64,000 nt of DNA from Ruditapes philippinarum (taxonomy: Eukaryota): NCBI RefSeq assembly GCF_026571515.1, contig NW_026865692.1, positions 62,001-126,000 of the forward strand, read 5' to 3'. The notes beneath the pieces were generated by a model. The model was not told the origin of the DNA and searched no databases. It saw only the letters and a list, made by a program, of their open reading frames with translations. Below are positions 52,640 through 64,000 of this stretch, piece after piece. The position numbers and the translations under genes were made by a program. Position 1 is the stretch's first letter. Each line of letters begins with the position of its first letter.

Positions 52640-55600
52640 GATCGATCATTTAAAGTCGGCTTCATCAGTCAAATTTGAGTTATTTCCCCTTTTTTCTTCT
52701 CAAACTCTAGAAAATAAGATAACATAAAATTAAGATAGCTGGAACATTTTGTTAATGCAACTTATCCTTTAAAATTGAAATTGAATTTCATAACTTATCA
52801 ACACAGTATATAGAAGAATATCGAAAATCTCCAAAAGAGTTGCAACAGTATATATTCTTATTCATTCTCTACTACTTTGCAAATTAATCCTAGAGCACTT
52901 CAAGACCTTAATTACATTTGTTATTTCCAGAAACTTCCTTGCTCACATAGTCATTGTTTCTATATACGATGGAAGAAAATAAGCAAAACTATCCAACCAT
53001 GCGGTACAAAAAAAATAACTGATTATCTCCGACATCGTTCGTTTGTTTGTACGTTAACAAACCTGCCATTGAAAACCTTAGACAAAGTCTCAATGACACT
53101 GTATCATATTAAAACAATGACTCTTTACCAATAAACAATGACTTTCACCAATAAAACAATGAGTTTTCCCAATAAACACTGATTTAACCCCCCAAAAAAC
53201 ACACGAAAATCTACTTTAGAGTAAATTTATACACTGACAACTCTTTTTAAAGCATACGGAAATGGGAGTGCATGTATTACATGAGTCAGTGTTATAAATG
53301 ACGATTACATGCATGAGATCATTACATAAAAAAACTTTTATCACGAGGAAATGAAATGGGTGAGTAAATAAAATCCTTTAAATAAGCACTATGATAAATT
53401 ATGTAAATTCATTTTTTCTTCTTTTTTTCATGTCATGGGCACGTAAAGATTATATCTTAATATTATATAATTTTCATCCTAAAAAATGTAATGCAACCGT
53501 TTTCAAATGTGTATTTGTATGTACATGTATTTATGTTTCCCGCTATTGGAGAACTTGTGAATTTTGTAATAAATTATCTGAAATATCATCTATTTAAGTG
53601 GTTGTCCCTTAAAAACAACCTTCCGTCAAAGAATAATACCGCCGTCCAATTAAAACCGACTGTCAGTCACAGAATCCCGCAGCCCAATTAAAACCGACAG
53701 TCCGCCAGCGTCGTGCGTTTGATTCCCTTACTTAACTGAAACACTATGAAATCATTTGGTTCATAAACCTTATATGAAATTTCTATTGATATAAAATTAC
53801 TATAATTGTCTGATTTACTTACAAACAACGTGGTTGTATGAATAAAATAGAACTTACTACAGCACACTTCGAAACAAGGAAATATTTTCATTAATGAATT
53901 CAAATGTCAAATTGAAAAATGTATACATGTGTAAGTAAAATGGTACTCGAGGATTTGACAAATCGGGTTTTTGCTACAGTTAAATTGAGACAGAGGTCAT
54001 GATTGTCTTTACTATAACAGCATGGTATCAACCAGATATGATCAGTACCACACTGCTATGTTTTGCTTTACTATCACCGTTAAACAAAATTCAATTATAT
54101 TTATTTTAAAAAAAATCCAAAGAAACAAAACATTTAAAACATTTTTAGCAGACATACGCGAATGACTTGTGAGAATCAAAGTCAAAAGTATGTATTTTTG
54201 ATCTGAAATATCAGGCTGTAAGAAACTTTACAAACAAATAAATTAAAGCTACTATGATTCTGTTTGTTATATGTATTAATGTAAAGAACGAAGAACGAAG
54301 AAATCTGTACTGTATGTTAAAATAGTAAACTAAGTGTAAAGTAGACGTAGATACTATATGTATAAACATAGAAGAATTTCTTGTGCTCACAATTTATATA
54401 GAAAACACCCAGGAGAAATGAGCTTTCATTAAGTTTATTTTTGGCAACTTATAAGTACTTCTTCGTGGTCTACTTTTATGAAATAGTTCTCCTTCCTTCC
54501 GGTACGTGCGCGTTCGTTGATAGACACAGGACATCAGCAGTTCTAAGATAATAATCAGCAGAAGATTATTAGAACTTCGAACAGTGAAAGAGAAAAACCG
54601 AAACATTGTATCTTAAAATTGCCAAAATTGAAGCCAAGGGGTGACCCTACCACTAACCGCAGATCAACAGCCTCAGGTTCCATAATGTGCAAGATGAAAA
54701 ATGGCCATTAATTACACCGACTCGAGATTATAAATTAACGGTCCTGGGAGACTTGTGTAACAATTTAGAAGGATTTGTATCCCATCTTAGCACAATAACA
54801 GTGTCCGCATTTCTTAAGTTAGCAGACATAAAACAAGAACAACAGGTATGTTTGAAAAACAGGGTGTTACAATGAAACAATCGCAAAAAGGTAAAATTTA
54901 TTAATTGAAAGAGTATTATAAATTACACTATTAACTATTCATTAATTTCTATTCTACCTTAACATATCCACATTATATAAGCAGCTGTGTCATTCATGCA
55001 AACCGAGATTTATATATTTATGTTATTGTATCCACTGGGACAGAAAGATACATTTATGGTCCCAGATATCTAGAAATCTGCTATTTTGTGTATATCTAGC
55101 TTTGGGACGACGAAATATTTCGACTAACAACAAATCTAGCTCCGTGTCATCACGGACTTTAATTACTTCCCCAGCCTTTTAAATGCTAATAGCATTTTTA
55201 ACTACTGCATCTTACTGCGGTACTAACTTTTTGAACTCCCCTTGAGCAAGCTGCTTTAACGGTACTGCTGCGGATCGATAACGCATGCCATTTAAATAAC
55301 ATAGCTGTCTTTGTATGAATACTAATTTAAACAAAAGAAACGTATTTAAGCAGACGAATGCAAAAGAAAGTAAACGTTAAAGATATGTAAACAAAGCTAA
55401 CCTGCATAGTTTGTGTTCCTCGCTATAAATCTTTACATGTAGTGATTATGTACATCACAATCTCAACATTTCGGTCTTTTCCCGTCTAACTTCGGTAATA
55501 ATCGGAAAGCGGAAAAGGGGATATTGGGGCGGATCAAGTTTGTTCAGGCGAGGGGTGGCAAAACAAGCGTAGTTTCTCTTTTTTCACCTTGGTCATATAA

Positions 55601-56264
55601 AAAAATCAGAACTATTTTATATTTGAATTTTTAAACGTGGCACATTTTAATATGGAGAAGGTTTAAAACCATCATTCATCTAAGCTTAGGATTTTTTACC
55701 AGTCTTCATAAATTTGCAATGCTTATAATACAATGTAATAGATGATAAATTTTCTGATATTTAAAGAAAGTATACATTGATGTTAATAAAATATGTTAAT
55801 CTTATTTCATGAAGACATGAAAAAAGAAATGTTAGTTCTTTTTTCATTAATATTGTAAATGTGTCTGTGTATATAAATCTTTAAATATCTTATAATTCAA
55901 CTATTGAATGGCAATGTACAAATATTTTACAGATTATGTATTATTACGTTTTGTTTGTTTGTTTGTGACATCCATTGTGTACATTGATAGGCTATGATAA
56001 AGATAGGCTATGATAAAATTCAGATATTATAATTACTGCACAAATCCTTCAACTGCTTTGAAAAACGCTAAAGAACGAGATATAACACAAATGATGCCAG
56101 TTCATGCTGACTGTTGATAAACTGAATCTTATAAAATCCTAATTTGACAAGGCTGGTGGAGTCATCAAAATAAGCTCTGTTGAAGAAATATCTCATGCAA
56201 AAGCCTACTGATTTGAGACGGTTTAGCAAAAAGTTTTATTGTCTGCTCTCAGACAAAAAGATCA

Positions 56265-56715
56265 TAACCAGACATACAGATCACAGACAGACATACAAAC
56301 CGCAGACAGACACAGATTTCTGACAGACATACAAATTACAGATAGACATACAGATCGTTACCAGACATACAAATTTCAGACATACATACATATCACAGGC
56401 AGACATACATACAAATCACAGACAGACATACAGATCACAGAAGACATACACATTACAGACAGACATATAGACCACAGACAGACACAGATAGCTGACAGAC
56501 ATACAAATTACAGACAGACATACAGATCACAGAAGACATACACATTACAGACAGACATATAGACCACAGACAGACACAGATAGCTGACAGACATACAAAT
56601 TACAGACAGACATACAGATAGACAGACATACAGATCACAGACAGACATGCAGAGCACAATCAGACATACAAATCGCAATCAGACAAACAGATCACAGACA
56701 GACATACAGACTGCA
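56265..56715. repeat. Degenerate (ACAG/ACAT)n compound microsatellite
   Basis: Read directly from the sequence. Confidence 0.9.
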
Positions 56716-58409
56716 GGATGACATAAATATTGCAGGCACATAATTATAAACAGATCTTAAAAAAAATCTATATTTTATCTACTAGATAAACAACAACAAC
56801 AACATGTTTATTTAACCCTTCTTTTTGGGATCTAACTTTATTTCAATAATTATATAGTAATAATAAACAAACATGAATCATCAATATAATATGTCAGTAA
56901 GCAAGATAATAAACATGGAATTCAATTTAGAAAGAAGCATGTACCTGTCTTACAATATTTCAAATAAAGACAGACACACACTTCAATATTACCATTTTAC
57001 TCCACTGAGGTGTAAGGACTTGAAATTTGTTATCATTTTTTTTTTGTAACATAATTATGATGTAGGTTTGGATCAGTAATTAGTATGTACTACTTCCAAT
57101 CACTCCAATATGACCGATTTTGTTGTTACACATTATTACTTTCAAGAGTTTCGATGCTTTTGACTTAATACAAGGGAAACATCACAAACCATTTCTTAAC
57201 AATTAAATTTTTAATCTTTTGTATGTTTTTTTTTCATCTTAAAATGTATAAAGCTATATATCTGATACAAAAATTAGTGATTGAATCTTAAAAAATGCAT
57301 ACTTCCAAAATGTTTGTATGAAATGAATTTAGTAATTTATTGCCTTAAAGTTAAGGGCGCATGCACAAAATCACTGCTAAACGGATAAAACCCTACTTAG
57401 TAGCAAAATAATATTTTGTATGGGAACATTTTATTCTGAGGTCCTGAATGTCATAGATATACATGTACATTAACCTGAGTTCCTTAAAGGAAATCCACTG
57501 AGGACAAGAATGTCATAAAATATACATTCAAGGAGCTCCAGCTAGATAATCTGAGGCACATGAAATAGGAAAATATGCAAAAGATAAGGGTATACTTACA
57601 ATATTATTTAAAAATCTATTTTTGTGCATTTTTAGCATGTTTGATCTGAAGTTTTATACACAAGTTACAAGTTAAGACTTCTTAATTTTCCAAAAAAGTA
57701 TTTACAGTCCCTTGATGCCAAAAAGACTCAGTGGATCTCCTTAAATGTATATTTATGACATTCATGACCAATGTGGAGCTCCTTTAATGTATATCTATGA
57801 CATTCAGGACCTCAGTTTAATGTATATTTATGACATTTATATTGTCATATTTCCACTTGATATCTAATAGCACCTATATAATTGCATTTCCCACTAACTA
57901 CAGACATGTGAAATTTTAGTGCTACTTTAAAAAATGACTCGGATTGTTTCAAACATAAAGAAACTCCTGTTTAAGTGAGTGAATGAATTGCCACACATCT
58001 GTCTCTCAACAGAAAATAAACAACAAAAATTCGCCCAAAAATACAATGTTTGGTGATTAACGTCTAGTCATGTTCTTCCATGTCCTAAATTTCCCAATAT
58101 TGCATCAACCCAATAATCTCACAACCAAATTATTTACCTTAACTAATAGTTTCTATGTAATATATATACAGTTTAGGAGTACTGTTACTATTAACATTGT
58201 TATAAATAAAAAAAAAGATAACAAGAGCACCACATGCAGTGTTATCGCCCGTAGTTAAAAAAAACAACATAACTCCAAAAATATTGTCATCTTTTGAATA
58301 ATGGGCCATATAAAAGTTTTTTGAGTGACGTTGACCACAACTTCAAAGACCACACAGCAATCATAATATCTGAACAGACAAGCTAATAAAACATGTTACA
58401 AAAACATTT

Positions 58410-58636
58410 GAGCCGCGTCATGACAAAGCCAACATAGTGCGTTTGTGACCAGCATGGATCCATACCAGCCTGCGCATCTGCGCAGTCTGATCAGGATCCA
58501 TGCTGTTTGCTATCAGTTTCTCTACTTGAAATAGAGTTGGTAAGCCAACAGCATGGATCCTGATCAGACTGCGCAGGCTGGTCTGGATCCATGCTGGTCG
58601 CAAACCCATTATGTTGGTTTTGTTGTGACGCGGCTC
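58410..58636. mobile_element. Palindromic MITE family A, copy 9 (ATTT TSD)
   Basis: attt|gagccgcg...cgcggctc|attt. Confidence 0.9.
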
Positions 58637-58986
58637 ATTTGCTTGATAATTATACACCGAAATCCTGGCCCATAAAACACCCGTACCTTCCACATCAAAA
58701 ATAGATCACTTTGAACACAATATAGAATAATCTGAGCAAATTCTTTCCAATATGGCATATTGCCTTCTGTTCATCAAAGCACACTACTGCGAGTATAATT
58801 CCCTCCAATATGGGACTTTGCCCACATTATAATTTGAGTAAAACTCCCTCAAAAGTGGTACGCTGTCCACACTAAAACATAATAATCTGAGCAAAAATCC
58901 CTCGAATATGGCACATTAATACCAATGTTATAAAACACCACAAAAAATTGAACAATTACAGAACTGGTTTGAAGAAGTCAACCTAT

Positions 58987-61900
58987 TCATTTCTTTTTCT
59001 GCCTTTTCTTCTGTATTCTTTCAACATCTCCTGACTTTATCATATTTCTCCATTTGTCCTTCAGCATCACCCCTGTCCTTGTCGTATTTAAATATTCTTT
59101 TATCTGTGCCCATCTACCGACCCCCATAGTGTTTACGGCATCGTAAAACTCGTACATTTCTTCATCGGTCCATTTTCTCTTCTTGGTGCCTCCATACATA
59201 GATGACAGGTCAGATACAACCGCTGCAGATATATGTAACAAACATATAATACATATATTAAAACTTAGCTTCACATGGTTATACCCAGATGCCTATTTTA
59301 TTTATGATTGAAAAACACTTAGAAACTTTATCCACTGGTAAAAAGTAATTAGCAAAGTACTGTTATAAAAAAATACAAATAATGTTAATTCTAAGCTTAA
59401 ATTTCAGACTTTTAAACATAGACATTCAAATCAGTGTGAATTACCTCATATGAAACAATTATATCATGTTTTAGGAAATACTTTTTTTGCTCTTCTTTTT
59501 GCATAAAGTGAAGCAAAAACTTATACATGTCAATAAAACATTTGGTAAAGACAAGGGGGGATAATGCGAGCTTTTATAAATTAATAAGGACTGTATTTAA
59601 TGGCATAAAAGCATATCACTCATATGACAGGCTGAAAATAAATTTATCTGCAACTTTAATTCCTAGATGAATCAGTTTCAACTTTCTATAAACTTTTGTA
59701 GTATGCTTAAAAGTCTAGATGTATGTTTAAGTCTTCGAAATAATTGCATGGAAACCCGACTTATAGGTGAGTAAATGCATGGAAACCCAACTTATAGGTG
59801 AGTAAATACATGGAAACCCACTTATAGGTGAGTAAATACATGGAAACCAGACTTATAGGTGAGTAAATACATGGAAACCCAACTTATAGGTGAGTAAATA
59901 CATGGAAACCCACTTATAGGTGAGTAAATACATGGAAACCCACTTATAGGTGAGTAAATACATGGAAACCAGACTTATAGGTGAGTAAATACATGGAAAC
60001 CCAACTTATAGGTGAGTAAATACATGGAAACCAGACTTATAGGTGAGTAAATACATGGAAACCAGACTTATAGGTGAGTAAATACATGGAAACCCGACTT
60101 ATAGGTGAGTAAATACATGGAAACCCGACTTATAGGTGAGTAAATACATGGAAACCCAACTTATAGGTGAGTAAATACATGGAAACCCAACTTATAGGTG
60201 AGTAAATACATGGAAACCCGACTTATAGGTGAGTAAATACATGGAAACCCGACTTATAGGTGAGTAAATACATGGAAACCCGACTTATAGGTGAGTAAAT
60301 ACATGGAAACCCACTTATAGGTGAGTAAATACATGGAAACCAGACTTATATGTGAGTAAATACATGGAAACCAGACTTATAGGTGAGTAAATACATGGAA
60401 ACCTGACTTATAGGTGAGTAAATACATGGAAACCAGACTTATAGGTGAGTAATTACATGGAAACCCAACTTATAGGTGAGTAAATACATGGAAACCAGAC
60501 TTATAGGTGAGTAAATACATGGAAACCAGACTTATAGGTGAGTAAATACATGGAAACCAGACTTATAGGTGAGTAAATACATGGAAACCCGACTTATAGG
60601 TGAGTAAATACATGGAAACCCAACTTATAGGTGAGTAAATACATGGAAACCCGACTTATAGGTGAGTAAATACATGGAAACCCAACTTATAGGTGAGTAA
60701 ATACATGGAAACCAGACTTATAGGTGAGTAAATACATGGAAACCCAACTTATAGGTGAGTAAATACATGGAAACCCGACTTATAGGTGAGTAAATACATG
60801 GAAACCCAACTTATAGGTGAGTAAATACATGGAAACCCGACTTATAGGTGAGTAAATACATGGAAACCCAACTTATAGGTGAGTAAATACATGGAAACCC
60901 GACTTATAGGTGAGTAAATACATGGAAACCCAACTTATAGGTGAGTAAATACATGGAAACCCAACTTAAAGGTGAGTCAATACATGGAAACCCGACTTAT
61001 AGGTGAGTAAATACATGGAAAACTGACTTATAGGTAAGTAAAGATGTTATATAAAATCTTACAACGATTGTCATCTGCCACATTTTTTCTTGAAGAGGAT
61101 ATAACCGGTTCGTGTCTGTCAGCACGACCTTTATTTTTCCTGTATTGAAAGTCTGGACTTTCTTCTCCAGATCTACAATAAAATATAGCCAATAATTTAT
61201 TATATTATAATTAAACAAATTAAGCTGACCATTTTCATACTGGTTAGGCTCAGGCGAAATTAATAAGGTCCATTATGCCTCAGAAATGCTATCAATTTTA
61301 TTTATCAAAAACTTCTGATTTTTGGTATCTTAGTACAGTATCCAAAAAATAGGTTGTGATAAGTAGTTGCTGAGAAAACTATTTCGAAAATTTCCTACCA
61401 TTAATGTAGAAAATTAAACTAAGTCGGTAAACAGGAAGTGGATAAGCGACAGACCTGAAATTGAGCCTGTGGAACACGGCCAAAAATTAATCATTTGTTA
61501 GACGATGAACTATTTCTTGCTTCTTTCTCTGTTTGCAATTGGTATAATTATAGTGAATTATTATTTTGTATATAAGTCAAAATACTACTGTTTAAATTTT
61601 GTTGCCTTTATGACACATTACTGCATGTTCAGTGCTACATTCTTAAGTTGTTAAACATCTAATTTTTTTTAGTTTAGTTTAGCTCTAAATCCATTATTAA
61701 AACATGTTTCACATTGCTAAATTTTTAAAAAAATATGGATTTCTAAGACATAATGTGCCTTAAAGTAGAGAGATTTTCCATTGATAAAGTAACCACTACT
61801 TTGTTATAAGCATTAAGGGATACTGAGGCAAATTAATGACAAATACTAAAATGATCGTATGTACTCAAAATATGTTAAAATGACATTTTGTAAACAAATT

Positions 61901-63008
61901 CTCATTTTGAGGACATTTACAGAATAATGAATGAAAAATTCAAAACGAAGAAATGAAAATTTTGCCTGAATCTCCCTTTAATGCGCAACATCAACGCACA
62001 GGATCATTGTTTATAAGTTATATCTGTGAAAAATATTACTAAATTAAGTATTCCCTCAGTCGACTGACTCTACCCATTGATTCACATCATAATGTGCACT
62101 GTTAACTATTCAGTTCATATTTTGTAATTTTCTCCAAAAATGATTACTGAGCCGCGCCATGACAAAACCAACATAATGTGTTTGCGACCAGCATGGATCA
62201 AGACCAGCCTGCCCATCACTCAGTCTGATCAGGATCCATGCTGTTCGCTATCAGTTTCTCTACTTGTAATAGGGTTTGTAAGCGAACAGCATGGATCCTG
62301 ATCAGACTGCGTGGATGTGCAGGCTGGTCTGGATCCATGCTGGTCGCACACGCACTATGTTGGTTTTGTCATGGCGCGGCTCAAATGTTTTTTGTCCATA
62401 TTGAATGATGGACTTATCCATTTATGAAGCAGGGTATCAAACTCACATAACCTAGATTTAGACACAGTATGTAAAACTTGCTATAAAATGTATGTATCTT
62501 TTGTAATTACAGTAGAACCCGTGATTAAGACATCTCCAAATGAAGATCACATACAGTCGCAACCAGATAACCAGACAAATAAGGGTCACCATTCTGTTGC
62601 CTTGTTTGTAGTTTTACAATACACTAAATATGCCACCACTCCCCTCCCCCTGTTTATTTAACTATATCCTATGTGAGAAATGATCCAAAAAACATAGAAT
62701 ATATTGAAATACAAACCTGTCTGATGTAGACACTCTCTGTACAGGAGATACTGTAGATATTGGACTAGTTAACCTGCCAGATTCTTTTGTTGAAGTTGGT
62801 CGTTTGAAAGGAGATTTAGCCGCTGAATGCCCAGCTTTCGGAGTGGACGTCCTGGAGCTAGATGGATCTGTAGTTGAAGGTTTCCTTGCAGGTACTTTGA
62901 ACAATGAGGTCCCATTCTTTTGTGGAGTTGATGTCTTTGATAAGGGACTGTGTGACGCTGACCTATCTTTTCTAGGTGTCTTTGATGAACTGGATTGTTT
63001 TGGATTGA
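58987..63008 (-). CDS. 3' part of a telomeric repeat-binding factor-like gene (Ser/Thr/Pro/Lys-rich linker + C-terminal telobox Myb domain); 5' exons lie outside the window
   Basis: Exons 63008-62717 (NPKQSSSSKTPRK...SPVQRVSTSD), 61172-61063 (SGEESPDFQYRKNKGRADRHEPVISSSRKNVADDNR) and 59222-58987 (KKRKWTDEEM...GVGRWAQIKEYLNTTRTGVMLKDKWRNM). Phases 2 and 1 are consistent. VMLKDKWRN is the telobox signature. Confidence 0.82.
59747..61040. repeat. 31-bp satellite (tacatggaaacccaacttataggtgagtaaa), ~42 highly homogeneous copies, in the last intron of the TRF-like gene
   Basis: Read directly. Variation is almost confined to the cc[c/a][a/g]ac core. Confidence 0.96.
61265..61761. mobile_element. 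~500-bp MITE with imperfect TIRs (possibly Kolobok-like)
   Basis: aaggtccattatgcctcagaaat / atttctaagacataatgtgcctt, with (t)taa flanks. Confidence 0.55.
62149..62382. mobile_element. Palindromic MITE family A, copy 10
   Basis: gagccgcgccatgacaaaaccaac...gttggttttgtcatggcgcggctc. Confidence 0.9.
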
Positions 63009-63160
63009 CTGTTAACAAAAATGAATCAAAATGTTAAAGATGTTATCAATGATGTAATATTCTTTTCTCTTCATTTCAAAGTACACATACTCATTATGTA
63101 ACTTCCTGTTAAATTTTCAGGGTATTTTCTTTTCAAAATTTGAAACAAATATGCCATTAA

Positions 63161-64000
63161 AAACTAGAACTATCGCTGAATGCGATTCATACCCCCACCA
63201 ATGTCCTTGACAGAAGACGACTTGGAAAGGTGGTTAAGGGAATAACTAAAGTGGCGCAAATACATAAAAAGAAATTATCTCTGGTGAAAAAAAGACTAAT
63301 TGTACAGGTAAAAGTATAAATATTCATTATCAAATCATGTTCGAAACAGTTACAAATAACCTTTCATTTTCCCAATATTAAACTTTTTATAAGTCAATTT
63401 TTGACCTTAAAGTGTGGCCTTGACTTTCAGCTGGCACAAGGGTAAGATGGATTCTGCACATCGCCCAGTTGGGGTGAACATTTGAGTAAAGTTTGAAGAA
63501 AATCCTTCCATTAGTAAAGAATTTATAGAGCGGACACAACATATTGTCTAGTATTAATTGTATGTAAATTTAAAGACTTAAAAAGGGGCTTAACTTTGTC
63601 AAAATGCAATACAGAGTTATTGAAACTTGACCTGCATATCGTAATTGTGACACCACATATATCTTTTAAGTTTCAAGCAAATACCTGTGCTAGTTTCAGA
63701 AATATTCAAGTACGTGTTAAAATTTAACATTTTCTAAGTCAATTTTTGACCTTCAAGTGTGACCTTGACCTTTAGCTGGCACAAAGGTGACATGGATTCT
63801 GCACATAACCTTGTTGAGGTGAACATTTGAGTAAAGTTTGAAGAAAATTCTTCTTTTAGTGTAGGATTTATAGAGCAGAAACAACATATTGCCTAATATT
63901 TGATTGTATGTAAATTTGAAGACTCAAAAAAGGGGCATAACTTTGTTAAAATGCAATACAGAGTTATGAAACTTGACCAGCATATCTTCATTGTGACCTT
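63161..64000 (+). mobile_element. Helentron/HINE-like element with ~350-bp tandem units, runs off the window
   Basis: aactag start. Repeated block ...tgaccttgacctt...gattctgcaca...gtgaacatttgagtaaagtttgaagaaa...aagggg...aatgcaatacagagttat at ~63385-63735 and ~63735-64000. Confidence 0.65.

Noticed and set aside
54687-54875. Plus-strand 62-aa ORF with a cag|gtatgt donor
   Set aside because: No recognisable domain or partner exons found; it may be a transposon remnant, and I cannot support a call.
59747-61040. Regular ~31-bp repeats resembling a CRISPR array
   Set aside because: No unique spacers, no cas genes, and a eukaryotic intron context; it is a simple satellite.
60997-61218. ORF-track frame DLEKKVQTFNTGKIK...
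   Set aside because: Splice phases with the neighbouring exons require the alternative frame (SGEESPDFQYRK...).

Overview
AT-rich, intron-containing animal DNA, most likely from a bivalve mollusc. This is inferred from perlucin-like lectins, a Gly/Tyr-rich shell-matrix-type protein, and bivalve-style SINE and Helentron-like repeats. It is not prokaryotic, so the ORF track mostly shows exon fragments and repeat noise. Manual splicing (GT-AG, phase-checked) gives seven genes. (1-3) Three tandem, 5-exon, secreted perlucin-like C-type lectins on + (4771-9003, 9762-12563, 13699-18461). (4) A secreted Gly/Tyr-rich shematrin-like protein on + (23771-25376). (5) A fourth, very divergent C-type lectin-like gene on - whose first exon straddles the assembly gap (37493-31420). 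(6) A 4-exon, ~1135-aa NLR-like gene on - (52639-44596), with a CXorf38/DUF4559-like (HEPN-related) N-terminal domain fused to NACHT/winged-helix and a degenerate LRR-like C-terminus. (7) The last three exons of a telobox-Myb (TRF-like) gene on - (63008-58987), which continues beyond the window. The rest is dense in repeats: ~10 copies of a palindromic MITE, three tRNA-derived SINE families, a truncated LINE, pogo/mariner/P-like non-autonomous elements (some nested), Helentron-like elements and many tandem arrays. Two of the arrays start essentially at stop codons. All homology calls come from motif recognition, not database searches.
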